Positions 35,730-44,214 of a DNA stretch of 64,000 bases are shown here, in pieces. Numbering within the stretch: the first letter of the stretch is position 1; every line of letters begins with the position of its first letter. The notes below the pieces were generated by a model, which saw only the letters and a list, made by a program, of their open reading frames with translations, searched no databases and was not told the origin of the DNA. This stretch comes from Candidatus Zixiibacteriota bacterium (GTDB lineage Bacteria; Zixibacteria; MSB-5A5; GN15; FEB-12): assembly GCA_020346225.1 (NCBI GenBank), contig CP070777.1, forward strand, positions 303,976 to 367,975, written 5' to 3'. Position numbers and translations under genes: made by a program.

Positions 35730-38700
35730 CTACTTCAGAAGAACCATCTTCTTCGTCACGGCTCGGTCACCCGCCGTTAGCCGGTATAGATATATCCCCG
35801 AAGCTACCCGCTCGCCCCGGCTGTCGGTGCCGCGCCAATCGATACGATGTGCTCCCGCCGGTAGCCGCTCCCGGTCAACAAGGGTGTTCACTCTTTGTCC
35901 GAGGATATTGAATATCTCCAGAGTCACGTTGGCGGCCGCCGGTAACTCAAAGCAAATTACCGTGCCGGGATTGAACGGGTTCGGGTAATTCTGTCGCAGC
36001 GTGAATTCTCCCGGCAGAGATAATGTCTCACCCGGCGGCGCGTCGGTCGGCACTCCCTGAAATATCTGACTCACCAGTTCGCGGGCGGCGTCCAGCTCCA
36101 TATACCACAGGTGGAAACCGAATATGTAAGTCTCGGTGCTGTCGGTCTTCAGCGTGGCGGCGACAGTGTAGCCGTCGATCCGCGATGTCTCCGGATATAT
36201 TGAGGTGTAGCTATAGAGCGGTTGCGCCCCGGCGCCGGTAGCGAAGCATGCCACTGCCGGCGGGGTGGCATCCTGCCAGTAAGCTGTCACGTAGGCAGTA
36301 AACGGCTGGCGCGCGATGTCGAAAGCGATGGCGGGCAGGGTGCCGACGAGCGGCTGCGCCGAGCCGAAGCCGAAGCAGGAATCGTAGTTCAGCGGCAGCG
36401 AGTTATACAGATAGTACCGGTGGTGGTAGAAATACAGTGAATCCACCCCGAAGTACGGTTGAATGAACCAGTCGTTCTGACGGTAGTACTGGCCCACATT
36501 GGCTTCGAAGAAGTTCATGCCCTTGAATTCTCCGAAATACGCCACCTTTCCGCCCGACAGCAGATATTTTTCAAAGCGGTGATACTTGCTTTCCGACGAG
36601 GTCTTGAGCATGCCGTCGTAATCCTCGCCGTCGACAATGACCATTTCGTACCGGGTAAGGTCCCGCCAGTCCATGCAATACTCGTCCATCGTGGGATCAC
36701 AACTGTTCACGATAATCGTATCCTTGTAACAGTACACGTCGATATCGAGGTCAAGGCCGGACCGCAGGCCGTCGTAGAAATCCATCACCGTGTCCGGATG
36801 TGCGAGAACACCGTTGCCGAGCTGCGTGATAAGCAGAATGTCACGGGTTGTCTCATACACCTCGCAGGCCTGTACCGCCGATGAGAACTCGGATTCGAAA
36901 CCCTCTTTGTCCACGGCGGTAATAACGTAGGAGGCGTCGTTGAGCGGTTCCGTGTCTTCAAAAACGTAGGTCCCGGAGTCGACCGAGGCGAACGGATCCA
37001 TGGCGAAGTAGTAGCAGGTTATGCTGTCCTCGGTTATCTTAAAACTGTCTTTCGGAACGAGGGGCGGGTCGGGTATCGTATAACTGTAAAAAGGTTTGTA
37101 GAGCAACGATATCCCCTCGATGCTGTCGGCCCGGTATATGTTGTAGTGGCTGAGGTCGGCCTCGGTGGAGTCGGTCCATGTCAGCGCCGCCGGTATACCC
37201 TGCGCGTAGTAGAGCCGCGACCCGTCAGGGACGGGCGCCGCCATGCGTCCACGCTGGGTGATGACGACTCGCTCGCCGCTCAGTGCACCGGTGCCGCCGG
37301 AGAGTCGATGAGCGGCGGCGGCAAAGTAGAACTTGTGTGGGTCGAGGCCGGTAAGAGCGCAGGAGGCTGTTTTGCCTACCGAAGCGGCCGGTTCGAAATC
37401 TTGCGGCTCCAGCCACGGCGGCACCAGGCCGGGGTAGGGGAGAGTATCCTCGGGAACCTCAGAGAGAAAAATATCGTACCCGTCATAATTGTCAAAAACC
37501 CAGGGATCCCAGACCACCACGACCGAATCCCAGTCCTCAAACGCACCTTCCAGTCCGGTGACGGGTCGAACCGGATCCCGCAGGATCACGGATAACTCCT
37601 CAGCGCGGCCGGCATTGGCGAGGACGTCGCTAAAATCGAGATTGGCCAGATAGCCCGTGGGATTATCAGGAAGGTTGAGAGGGTTCCACGTCAACCAGTG
37701 AACGTGGTCCGCTGTGAACATGGCGAAGATCAGCCTGATGCTCGAGTCCGGCGCCAGCTCGAACGGCCCGTAAGACATCAGGAACTTGGTATCGCAGCCG
37801 TCGGTATAATCTTCAGCTTTGGACTGCGGGGGATACATCCATACCGGGTCATCGGGCTCGATGCTGGCCGTGAAAACCTGGTCGTAATCCCACTCTGGGT
37901 GGCTGAGCATGTAATATTTGTTGGTGTCGCCTGTTGGAGTGCCCAAACCGTTGGTTTCAAAATCGAAGAACGGGTCATCAGGAGTGCCCAGCAGTCGCGG
38001 GCCGAAGTCCCACTCCGCGTAAGTACTGCTCGTCCACCAGTTGAAGTTGGTATCGGCTATAGCGTGAGACGAGGCCAGCAACCTGAAGGCAAAAATCTTC
38101 TCCAGGCTGGTGGCCGGGTCGAACTCGTACCCATCCGGGTCGCCGTCATTGTCGATTAGGTAGCCTATCCCGTGTTCTCTTATTGAACCGCTGATATCGT
38201 CCTGGTACCCGAAAGGTGAAGTAATCAGCAGCACATCGCCGTCCATATAGAACCCTATATAGCACTCGCTGATATCCTGTGTGCCGATGTTCGATATGAC
38301 CATGTCATAGGCAACGATGTCTTCGTAAGTATCGTTTCGCCAGACGTGGCTCCTCAGGACTATCTTGACGTTCAGCGGCACGTGAGGCACAAGGGTGAAG
38401 GGGTCTATATACTCCGCTGTATCCGTATATACGGCGCGCATGGAGTAGTCCGAGAATCCCTCCAACCCGGTGACCGAGCCTATCGGATAATTCGGCGGAG
38501 AGAACTCCTCTCCGGAGGTGCTCCATCCATCCCATCCTGTAGAAACCAGAGTGTCGCTTCCGATTCGACCACCCACCCAGAGCGCGCTTGTAAATAAGTA
38601 ATCTTTGCCGCTATAAGACGGTGTACGGAAACCGGCCTGCGGCCAGCCGTAGTCTGGATACCCGTATGTGCCGTTGTAACTGGCAAACCTGCCGAAGCAA

Positions 38701-38927
38701 TCAAAAGAGGTATTGACCATACCGGTTTGCTGGACACCGTAGGGGACTGGACAGGGGATATCCGGGTCGTCCATCAACGAACCCGTCTGGTCTACCCACA
38801 CCACCGACGGCGTTGCCGGAGCTGCCGCCTTCTCTTCGTCGTAAAGCAGTGAGCGACCCTGGACCGGCGCAGCCCATGCCGCAATAGCAAGCAACAAACT
38901 CCCCGTACCCATGACTCGTGAAAACAT
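35730..38927 (-). CDS. 1065-aa secreted protein of unknown function with a T9SS (Por) type-A C-terminal sorting domain; paralogue B
   Basis: Signal peptide (LLLAIAAWAAPVQG). Large N-terminal module, Fn3-like middle, alpha/beta-like module. C-terminal LRQNYPNPFNP...LEIFNILGQRV...GIYLYRL...KKMVLLK. Confidence 0.85.
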   Translation of the reverse strand: MFSRVMGTGSLLLAIAAWAAPVQGRSLLYDEEKAAAPATPSVVWVDQTGSLMDDPDIPCPVPYGVQQTGMVNTSFDCFGRFASYNGTYGYPDYGWPQAGFRTPSYSGKDYLFTSALWVGGRIGSDTLVSTGWDGWSTSGEEFSPPNYPIGSVTGLEGFSDYSMRAVYTDTAEYIDPFTLVPHVPLNVKIVLRSHVWRNDTYEDIVAYDMVISNIGTQDISECYIGFYMDGDVLLITSPFGYQDDISGSIREHGIGYLIDNDGDPDGYEFDPATSLEKIFAFRLLASSHAIADTNFNWWTSSTYAEWDFGPRLLGTPDDPFFDFETNGLGTPTGDTNKYYMLSHPEWDYDQVFTASIEPDDPVWMYPPQSKAEDYTDGCDTKFLMSYGPFELAPDSSIRLIFAMFTADHVHWLTWNPLNLPDNPTGYLANLDFSDVLANAGRAEELSVILRDPVRPVTGLEGAFEDWDSVVVVWDPWVFDNYDGYDIFLSEVPEDTLPYPGLVPPWLEPQDFEPAASVGKTASCALTGLDPHKFYFAAAAHRLSGGTGALSGERVVITQRGRMAAPVPDGSRLYYAQGIPAALTWTDSTEADLSHYNIYRADSIEGISLLYKPFYSYTIPDPPLVPKDSFKITEDSITCYYFAMDPFASVDSGTYVFEDTEPLNDASYVITAVDKEGFESEFSSAVQACEVYETTRDILLITQLGNGVLAHPDTVMDFYDGLRSGLDLDIDVYCYKDTIIVNSCDPTMDEYCMDWRDLTRYEMVIVDGEDYDGMLKTSSESKYHRFEKYLLSGGKVAYFGEFKGMNFFEANVGQYYRQNDWFIQPYFGVDSLYFYHHRYYLYNSLPLNYDSCFGFGSAQPLVGTLPAIAFDIARQPFTAYVTAYWQDATPPAVACFATGAGAQPLYSYTSIYPETSRIDGYTVAATLKTDSTETYIFGFHLWYMELDAARELVSQIFQGVPTDAPPGETLSLPGEFTLRQNYPNPFNPGTVICFELPAAANVTLEIFNILGQRVNTLVDRERLPAGAHRIDWRGTDSRGERVASGIYLYRLTAGDRAVTKKMVLLK

Positions 38928-38985
38928 CGGTCCCTCCCGCGGAACTCCCGGCCGGATTCATTCCCGCCGACCCTCCGCGTATCTC

Positions 38986-39013
38986 AATATGCAATAATTT
39001 CCAAATTTGTCAA
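38986..39013 (-). promoter_or_regulatory. Possible promoter for paralogue B
   Basis: On the minus strand, TTGACA (39013-39008), 16-nt spacer, CATATT (38991-38986). Confidence 0.35.
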
Positions 39014-39155
39014 CTTTACTGTGAGGCGTTTTGATTGTCTTCAGGGCAGCGGCGGGGTGGCTCTTAGGATAATGACGAAACTGGGACCGGCGTTGTTTAA
39101 ATCTATGACCGGGCTCCTGTTGACCGGAGTCTGTCCGGCACCCGGACCAAGATGC

Positions 39156-42100
39156 CTATCTGACCAGCATCATCTTCCGGCTGTAATGGTTCTGACCGTA
39201 CCGGATCCGGTAGAAGTAGATACCCGACGAGACCGGGCGGCCATCAGGGGCCGTGCCGTTCCACTCCGCCACGTGTGTGCCGGCCTCCAGGGGGACTCCG
39301 TCGAGGAGCACCCTTACCCGCCTGCCCAGGATATTGAATATTTCCAGTGTAACCTCGCCGGCGCGCGGCAGGTCGAAGGTAATTCTCGTGGCCGGATTGA
39401 AAGGATTGGGATAGTTCTGTCGCAGGGCAAACCGGGCGGGCAGGGCGGCCGGAGCGGCATCCCGTTCGTCGGTCGGCGATCCCTCGAACAGATAGTCCAC
39501 CAGTTCCCGGGCCGACTCCCGCTCGATGTACCACAGGTGAAACCCGAAGAGGTAGGTTTCGAACTCGCCTGTCGTCAGCCTGACACCGACTGGGTCGCCC
39601 TCGAGCCGGCTGCTCACGGGATAACGCGAGCGGTACCGGTAAAGCAACTCGGCGTTATCGTTAACATGGAAAGTCGATACGGAGGGCGGCGTTTGGTCCT
39701 GCCACAGGTTCCGGACAAACGGGCTGATCGCCCCGCCCAGACTGTCGAAAGCCAGGACCGGCAGGTCGGCGGCGCACGGCTCGGCTGCGGCGAACCCGAA
39801 ACAGGTATCACTGTCGATCGGCAACTCGTTATAGAAGTAATAACGATAATGCTGGAAATACAGCGAGTCGATCCCGAAAAATCGATTCACAAACCAGTCG
39901 TTCTGGAGGTAGTAACAGGACTCGTAGCCGTCAAAGTAGTTCATGCCGTTAAGGCAGCCGAAATAGGCCAGCCGGCCGCCCGAAAGCAGGTACTTGGCGA
40001 ATGTATGAACGTTCTCTTCCGCCTTCTGCGTCATCAGATTGTCGTATTTTTCACCGTCGAAAATCGTCAGCCTGAACCGCGTGAAATCGGCCCAGTTGAT
40101 GCATCCCGGCTGACTCGGATCGCAATAATAGTCCGCCACCGTATCGAGGACGCTGTAGACGGCGTAGTCGTAGTCGGCCAGTACGGATTCATAAAATGCC
40201 CGAACCGAATCGTACACGCCAAAGTAACTGTTGCCCAGATTCGTGATCAGCAGGATATCCCGCGTTTGAGGATATACCTCCAGCAGTTGAAGCGGGGAAG
40301 AGAACTCGGATTCAAACCCTTCCTCGTCCGTCACCGTGAGAACGTAATATTCCCCGTTAGTCGGAGAGACGACCTCGAAAGCGTTGACGTCCGGCTCCAC
40401 CGTGACGTAGGGCTCCATGGCATAATAGTAATAGGTGTCGTCACCTATATAGAAGGTATCTGCCGGCTCGATGGCCTCACCGGGGGCCGTCTTGGTGTAA
40501 AACGGACGGTACATGTCCTGAAGCGCCTCTTCGTCGGGGAACCGGTACAGAGTGTAATGGTCGACTTCACAACCTGTCGCGTCTTCCCACTGAATGGTCA
40601 CCGTCTCGCCGCTGATGAAGTACTCGTAGTCTTCCTGTACAACCGGTGGCTCGAGGCGGCCTCTTTGTACCGCGCATTCCGGCTCGCTCAACTGGCCGAT
40701 ACCGGCCTGTGACCGTGGCGCTATGCTCAGAAAATAAAACTTGCCGGGGTCGAGATTGTCCAACTTATGCCGGTAGGTCGGGCCGACTGAGGCTATCGGC
40801 CCCAGGTTGGCCGGCTGATACCAGGGGGGTACCAGCCCGGGGTAGGGCAACGAGTCCTCCGGAATCTCGGCCAGGTAAATGTCGTAGCCCTCCACCTCGC
40901 TGAACGTGAAGGGGTCCCATTCGATTACCACGGAATCCCAGCTTTCGGTCACCACTTCCAGACCGGTCGCCGGAAGCATGGGGTTCAGCAGCGAGTCGGC
41001 CAGCGCTCCCGCCCGTGCAATGTTCGCGATCAACCCGTCAAAATTGAGATTCCGAACGTACCCCAGAGGATTATCCGGCAGATTATAGATGTTCCAGATT
41101 AACTCGTGGACCTCGTCAGCCGTGGACATGGCATACAGAACCCGCACACTTGAGTCGGGAGCAATGTCGAATGGGCCGAACGACAGGACTATTTTGACGT
41201 CGTACCCGTCAGCCAGATCGGCCGCCATGTCCTGGGGAGGATAACACCACTGCGGGTCATCGGGCGGAATTATCGCCGTGAGCACCTGGTCGTAATCCCA
41301 CTCGCGATGCTTAAGAAGATAGTACTTGTTGCGGTCGCCCTCGGGAGTCCCCAGTGTGCCCGTTTGGAAGTCGAAAAACGGGTCCTCCGATGTGCCGAGC
41401 TGACGCGGCCCGAAGTCGACGTTGACGCCAAATCTGTTTACCCACCAGTTGAAGTTGGTGTCTTGGACGGGTTGTGACGCCGCCAGCAGAGACAGCGCCA
41501 GCACCTTGCGCACGCTGGTGGTGGAGTCGTAATCGCCCCCTACCGGGTCACCGTCGGCGTCAATGACATACGCTATACCTTGATCCCGGAGCCCGCCGGC
41601 GACGTCATCGGTCCAGAAATAGTCCTTACTCTCGTGACCAACGTCGCCATCGACGTATATTCCGATGTATCCCTGCTCGATATCCTGACTCCCCAAGTTC
41701 GTCATTACCAGGTCGTAAATCACAAAATCCTGATACTCGGGTGCCCGCCAGATGTGGCTCCGGTTGACCACGCGCAGATTCAGCGGCACATGGGGTCGCC
41801 CGAAAAAGTCGCGCTCGACATACTGCGTGATCGTGTCGGTGAAGATGGCCCGCATCGCCTCGTCGGAGGGGTAATCGAACCCGGTCACCGACCCGTAGGG
41901 ATGAGTCGGGGGGAAAAACTCGCGACCGACTATGTACCCCCAGCCGTTAAGACCGTGCGATACCAGTGTGTCGCCGCCGACAACCCCGCCGATCCAGAGG
42001 GCCCCCATCCACAGGTACTCTTTGCCGCTTCCGGGCGGTGTCTCGAAGGAAGCGGACGGCCAGTCCGGAATGGAGGGATACCAGGGCGTCGCCCCCATGC

Positions 42101-42335
42101 CGAATAAGCCGTAACAGTCGAAGGAGACGTCCACTGAACCCGTTTGCTGAACACCGTACTTGGTGGGCCAGGGGATGTCAGCGTCGTCGAGCGGGTCCCG
42201 GACGCTGGCCTCGTCAATGCTGCTATCATCGAGCCGCGTTATGTCCAGCGGCGAGCGCGCCGCCCCCTGGCCGCCAGTAAATACCAAGAGTAAGGGGATT
42301 ATACAGTACCGACCAACCGCTCCCGGCAAGCTCAC
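39156..42335 (-). CDS. 1059-aa secreted protein of unknown function with a T9SS (Por) type-A C-terminal sorting domain; paralogue A
   Basis: Collinear with 35730..38927. C-terminal LRQNYPNPFNP...LEIFNILGRRV...GIYFYRI...RKMMLVR. The GTG at 42335 sits directly on the SD GGGAGG, so the TTG at 42329 (5-nt spacing) may be the real start. Confidence 0.85.
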   Translation of the reverse strand: MSLPGAVGRYCIIPLLLVFTGGQGAARSPLDITRLDDSSIDEASVRDPLDDADIPWPTKYGVQQTGSVDVSFDCYGLFGMGATPWYPSIPDWPSASFETPPGSGKEYLWMGALWIGGVVGGDTLVSHGLNGWGYIVGREFFPPTHPYGSVTGFDYPSDEAMRAIFTDTITQYVERDFFGRPHVPLNLRVVNRSHIWRAPEYQDFVIYDLVMTNLGSQDIEQGYIGIYVDGDVGHESKDYFWTDDVAGGLRDQGIAYVIDADGDPVGGDYDSTTSVRKVLALSLLAASQPVQDTNFNWWVNRFGVNVDFGPRQLGTSEDPFFDFQTGTLGTPEGDRNKYYLLKHREWDYDQVLTAIIPPDDPQWCYPPQDMAADLADGYDVKIVLSFGPFDIAPDSSVRVLYAMSTADEVHELIWNIYNLPDNPLGYVRNLNFDGLIANIARAGALADSLLNPMLPATGLEVVTESWDSVVIEWDPFTFSEVEGYDIYLAEIPEDSLPYPGLVPPWYQPANLGPIASVGPTYRHKLDNLDPGKFYFLSIAPRSQAGIGQLSEPECAVQRGRLEPPVVQEDYEYFISGETVTIQWEDATGCEVDHYTLYRFPDEEALQDMYRPFYTKTAPGEAIEPADTFYIGDDTYYYYAMEPYVTVEPDVNAFEVVSPTNGEYYVLTVTDEEGFESEFSSPLQLLEVYPQTRDILLITNLGNSYFGVYDSVRAFYESVLADYDYAVYSVLDTVADYYCDPSQPGCINWADFTRFRLTIFDGEKYDNLMTQKAEENVHTFAKYLLSGGRLAYFGCLNGMNYFDGYESCYYLQNDWFVNRFFGIDSLYFQHYRYYFYNELPIDSDTCFGFAAAEPCAADLPVLAFDSLGGAISPFVRNLWQDQTPPSVSTFHVNDNAELLYRYRSRYPVSSRLEGDPVGVRLTTGEFETYLFGFHLWYIERESARELVDYLFEGSPTDERDAAPAALPARFALRQNYPNPFNPATRITFDLPRAGEVTLEIFNILGRRVRVLLDGVPLEAGTHVAEWNGTAPDGRPVSSGIYFYRIRYGQNHYSRKMMLVR

Positions 42336-42424
42336 CTCCCTGTATTAGCATGTCCGAACACTAATTAGACGGGGCAACCGCGACGGTGTTTAGCAGGCAG
42401 TCTTTGCGACGGAGCCCGGCCGTC

Positions 42425-42895
42425 TCACTTGTGATAATCGGTACCGTGTATTATGGAGAAAGCTCTGAACAGTTGTTCCAGTACGACCAGCCTGACGAGC
42501 TGGTGCGAGAATGTGAGCGGCGAGAGCGAAATAACCCGTTCGGCCCCCTTCAGAATCGATTCGTCCAGCCCATAAGGCCCGCCCATCACTAAGACGAGCG
42601 GCGTCCGGCCGCTGACCTGTGTTTTTTCGAGCCATTTCGCGAACTTGCCGCTGTCCATCGCCACGCCGTCGTCGGCCAGGGCGAAATATGGCCTCCCGGC
42701 CAGCTTCTTCCTCACCGCCAGCGCCTCTTTTCTTCTTATCTCCGCCGGTGAAAGTGAGGAACCCCTCTTGCACGCCGCCGCCGTTTCAAGCTCGACCCTG
42801 GCATATCGCGACAACAGCCGCACAAAGTGCCGGCACCCCTCGGTGACCCAGCGCTGTTTATCCCGTCCCACCGAAACGATACTGATCTTAGTCAA
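42425..42895 (-). CDS. rlmH: 23S rRNA (pseudouridine1915-N3)-methyltransferase RlmH
   Basis: SPOUT family, 156 aa. KISIVSVGR N-terminus and LVMGGPYG..LSLS..TFSH.. C-terminal knot region. Confidence 0.9.
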   Translation of the reverse strand: MTKISIVSVGRDKQRWVTEGCRHFVRLLSRYARVELETAAACKRGSSLSPAEIRRKEALAVRKKLAGRPYFALADDGVAMDSGKFAKWLEKTQVSGRTPLVLVMGGPYGLDESILKGAERVISLSPLTFSHQLVRLVVLEQLFRAFSIIHGTDYHK

Positions 42896-43286
42896 AAGCC
42901 TGCACCTTGATGATAAGCCGCCGCCGGCGCGGGCCGTCGAACTCGCAGAAGTAAACAGCCTGCCAGGTCCCCAGAACCAGCCGCCCCTTCTCGATCAACA
43001 CCTGCTGCGAAAAACCCATCAGCGAGGCCTTGAGGTGGGCATCCGAATTTCCTTCGGCGTGGTGGTAGCCGTCGCTCTGGGGTATCTCTTTGGCCAGCTT
43101 GTACAGGATGTCCCGGCGCACGTCGGGGTCGGCGTTTTCATTGATGGTTATACCGGCGGTTGTGTGCGGCACGAAACAGTGCGCGACGCCGCTCTGGCGG
43201 CCGCTGGTGTTCACTGCCTCCTGTACCAGATGGGTGACATCGATCAGCTCCTCGCGCTGACGTGACTCCACCGCATACGCTTCCAT
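42888..43286 (-). CDS. yjbQ: YjbQ/UPF0047 family protein
   Basis: ATG 43286 shares TAATG with the ftsY stop. HTTAGITINENADPDV and HLKASL motifs. The upstream ORF-track extension is Arg/Gly-rich junk inside ftsY. Confidence 0.85.
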   Translation of the reverse strand: MEAYAVESRQREELIDVTHLVQEAVNTSGRQSGVAHCFVPHTTAGITINENADPDVRRDILYKLAKEIPQSDGYHHAEGNSDAHLKASLMGFSQQVLIEKGRLVLGTWQAVYFCEFDGPRRRRLIIKVQAFD

Positions 43287-44200
43287 TACGAAAACAGAGC
43301 CTCCGTAAACTGTTTGGCGTCGAAGGCCTGGAGGTCGTCCAGTCCCTCGCCGATTCCGATAAAGTCCACCGGTACTCCCAGTTGTTCGGCTACCGCTATC
43401 ACCACGCCGCCCTTGGCTGTCCCGTCGAGCTTGGTGACGATGATGCCGTCGCAACCCACGGCGTCGGTGAAGACCTGCACCTGCGAGAGAGCGTTCTGAC
43501 CGGTTGACCCGTCTATAATGAGCTTGCTGTAGATGGCCGCCCCGGGCAGCGCCTTGGCGACCACCCGCTTTATCTTCTTGAGTTCCTCCATGAGATTCGC
43601 CTTGGTCTGCAGCCGGCCCGCCGTGTCCACCAGCAGCAGATCGGCCGACCGCGCCCGGGCCGCCTTGGCGCCGTCGAACGCCACCGCCGCCGGGTCCGAA
43701 CCGCTCTGCGATTTCACTATGTCGACGTTGCTGCGCTCGGCCCAGATGGCGATCTGCTCTATGGCAGCGGCGCGAAAGGTGTCACAGGCGGCTATTATTA
43801 CTTTCTTGCCCTCCGAGGAGAACCGCGTTGCCAGCTTCCCGATAGCGGTTGTCTTGCCCACGCCGTTGACGCCGACGATCAGCCACACCACCGGGCGGGG
43901 GTCGCTGTCTTTCAGCAGGGGAGACCCGCCGCGCGAGAGTATAACCTGTATCTCCTCCTTGAGCAGGGCCATTATTTCCTGTCCCTCGCTCAGCTTGTGT
44001 TGCGCGGCTTTTTCCCGGATACCGCCGATGAGTCTTGTAGTGGCCGCCACGCCCACATCGGCCTCGATGAGAATCTCCTCGATATCATCGAGCAAGTCGT
44101 CGTCCAGCCGGCGTTGCGATACCGCCTGCGTGATTCGGCCCAGCAAGTTGGCTTTGGTCTTGCTGAGCGAATTCTTCAGCTTCTCAAATGGGGTTGCCAT
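43286..44200 (-). CDS. ftsY: Signal recognition particle receptor FtsY (NG domain only)
   Basis: GVNGVGKTT, DTAGR, TKLDG SRP-GTPase motifs. Confidence 0.92.
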   Translation of the reverse strand: MATPFEKLKNSLSKTKANLLGRITQAVSQRRLDDDLLDDIEEILIEADVGVAATTRLIGGIREKAAQHKLSEGQEIMALLKEEIQVILSRGGSPLLKDSDPRPVVWLIVGVNGVGKTTAIGKLATRFSSEGKKVIIAACDTFRAAAIEQIAIWAERSNVDIVKSQSGSDPAAVAFDGAKAARARSADLLLVDTAGRLQTKANLMEELKKIKRVVAKALPGAAIYSKLIIDGSTGQNALSQVQVFTDAVGCDGIIVTKLDGTAKGGVVIAVAEQLGVPVDFIGIGEGLDDLQAFDAKQFTEALFS

Positions 44201-44214
44201 TGGTGCGGGTCAGG

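Noticed and set aside
39021-40712. 563-aa plus-strand ORF antisense to giant paralogue A
   Set aside because: This is a shadow ORF. It lies entirely inside a well-supported minus-strand gene, is Arg/Gly/Pro/Val-rich with no domain-like motifs, and has no SD. Long stop-free antisense frames are expected at this GC content.
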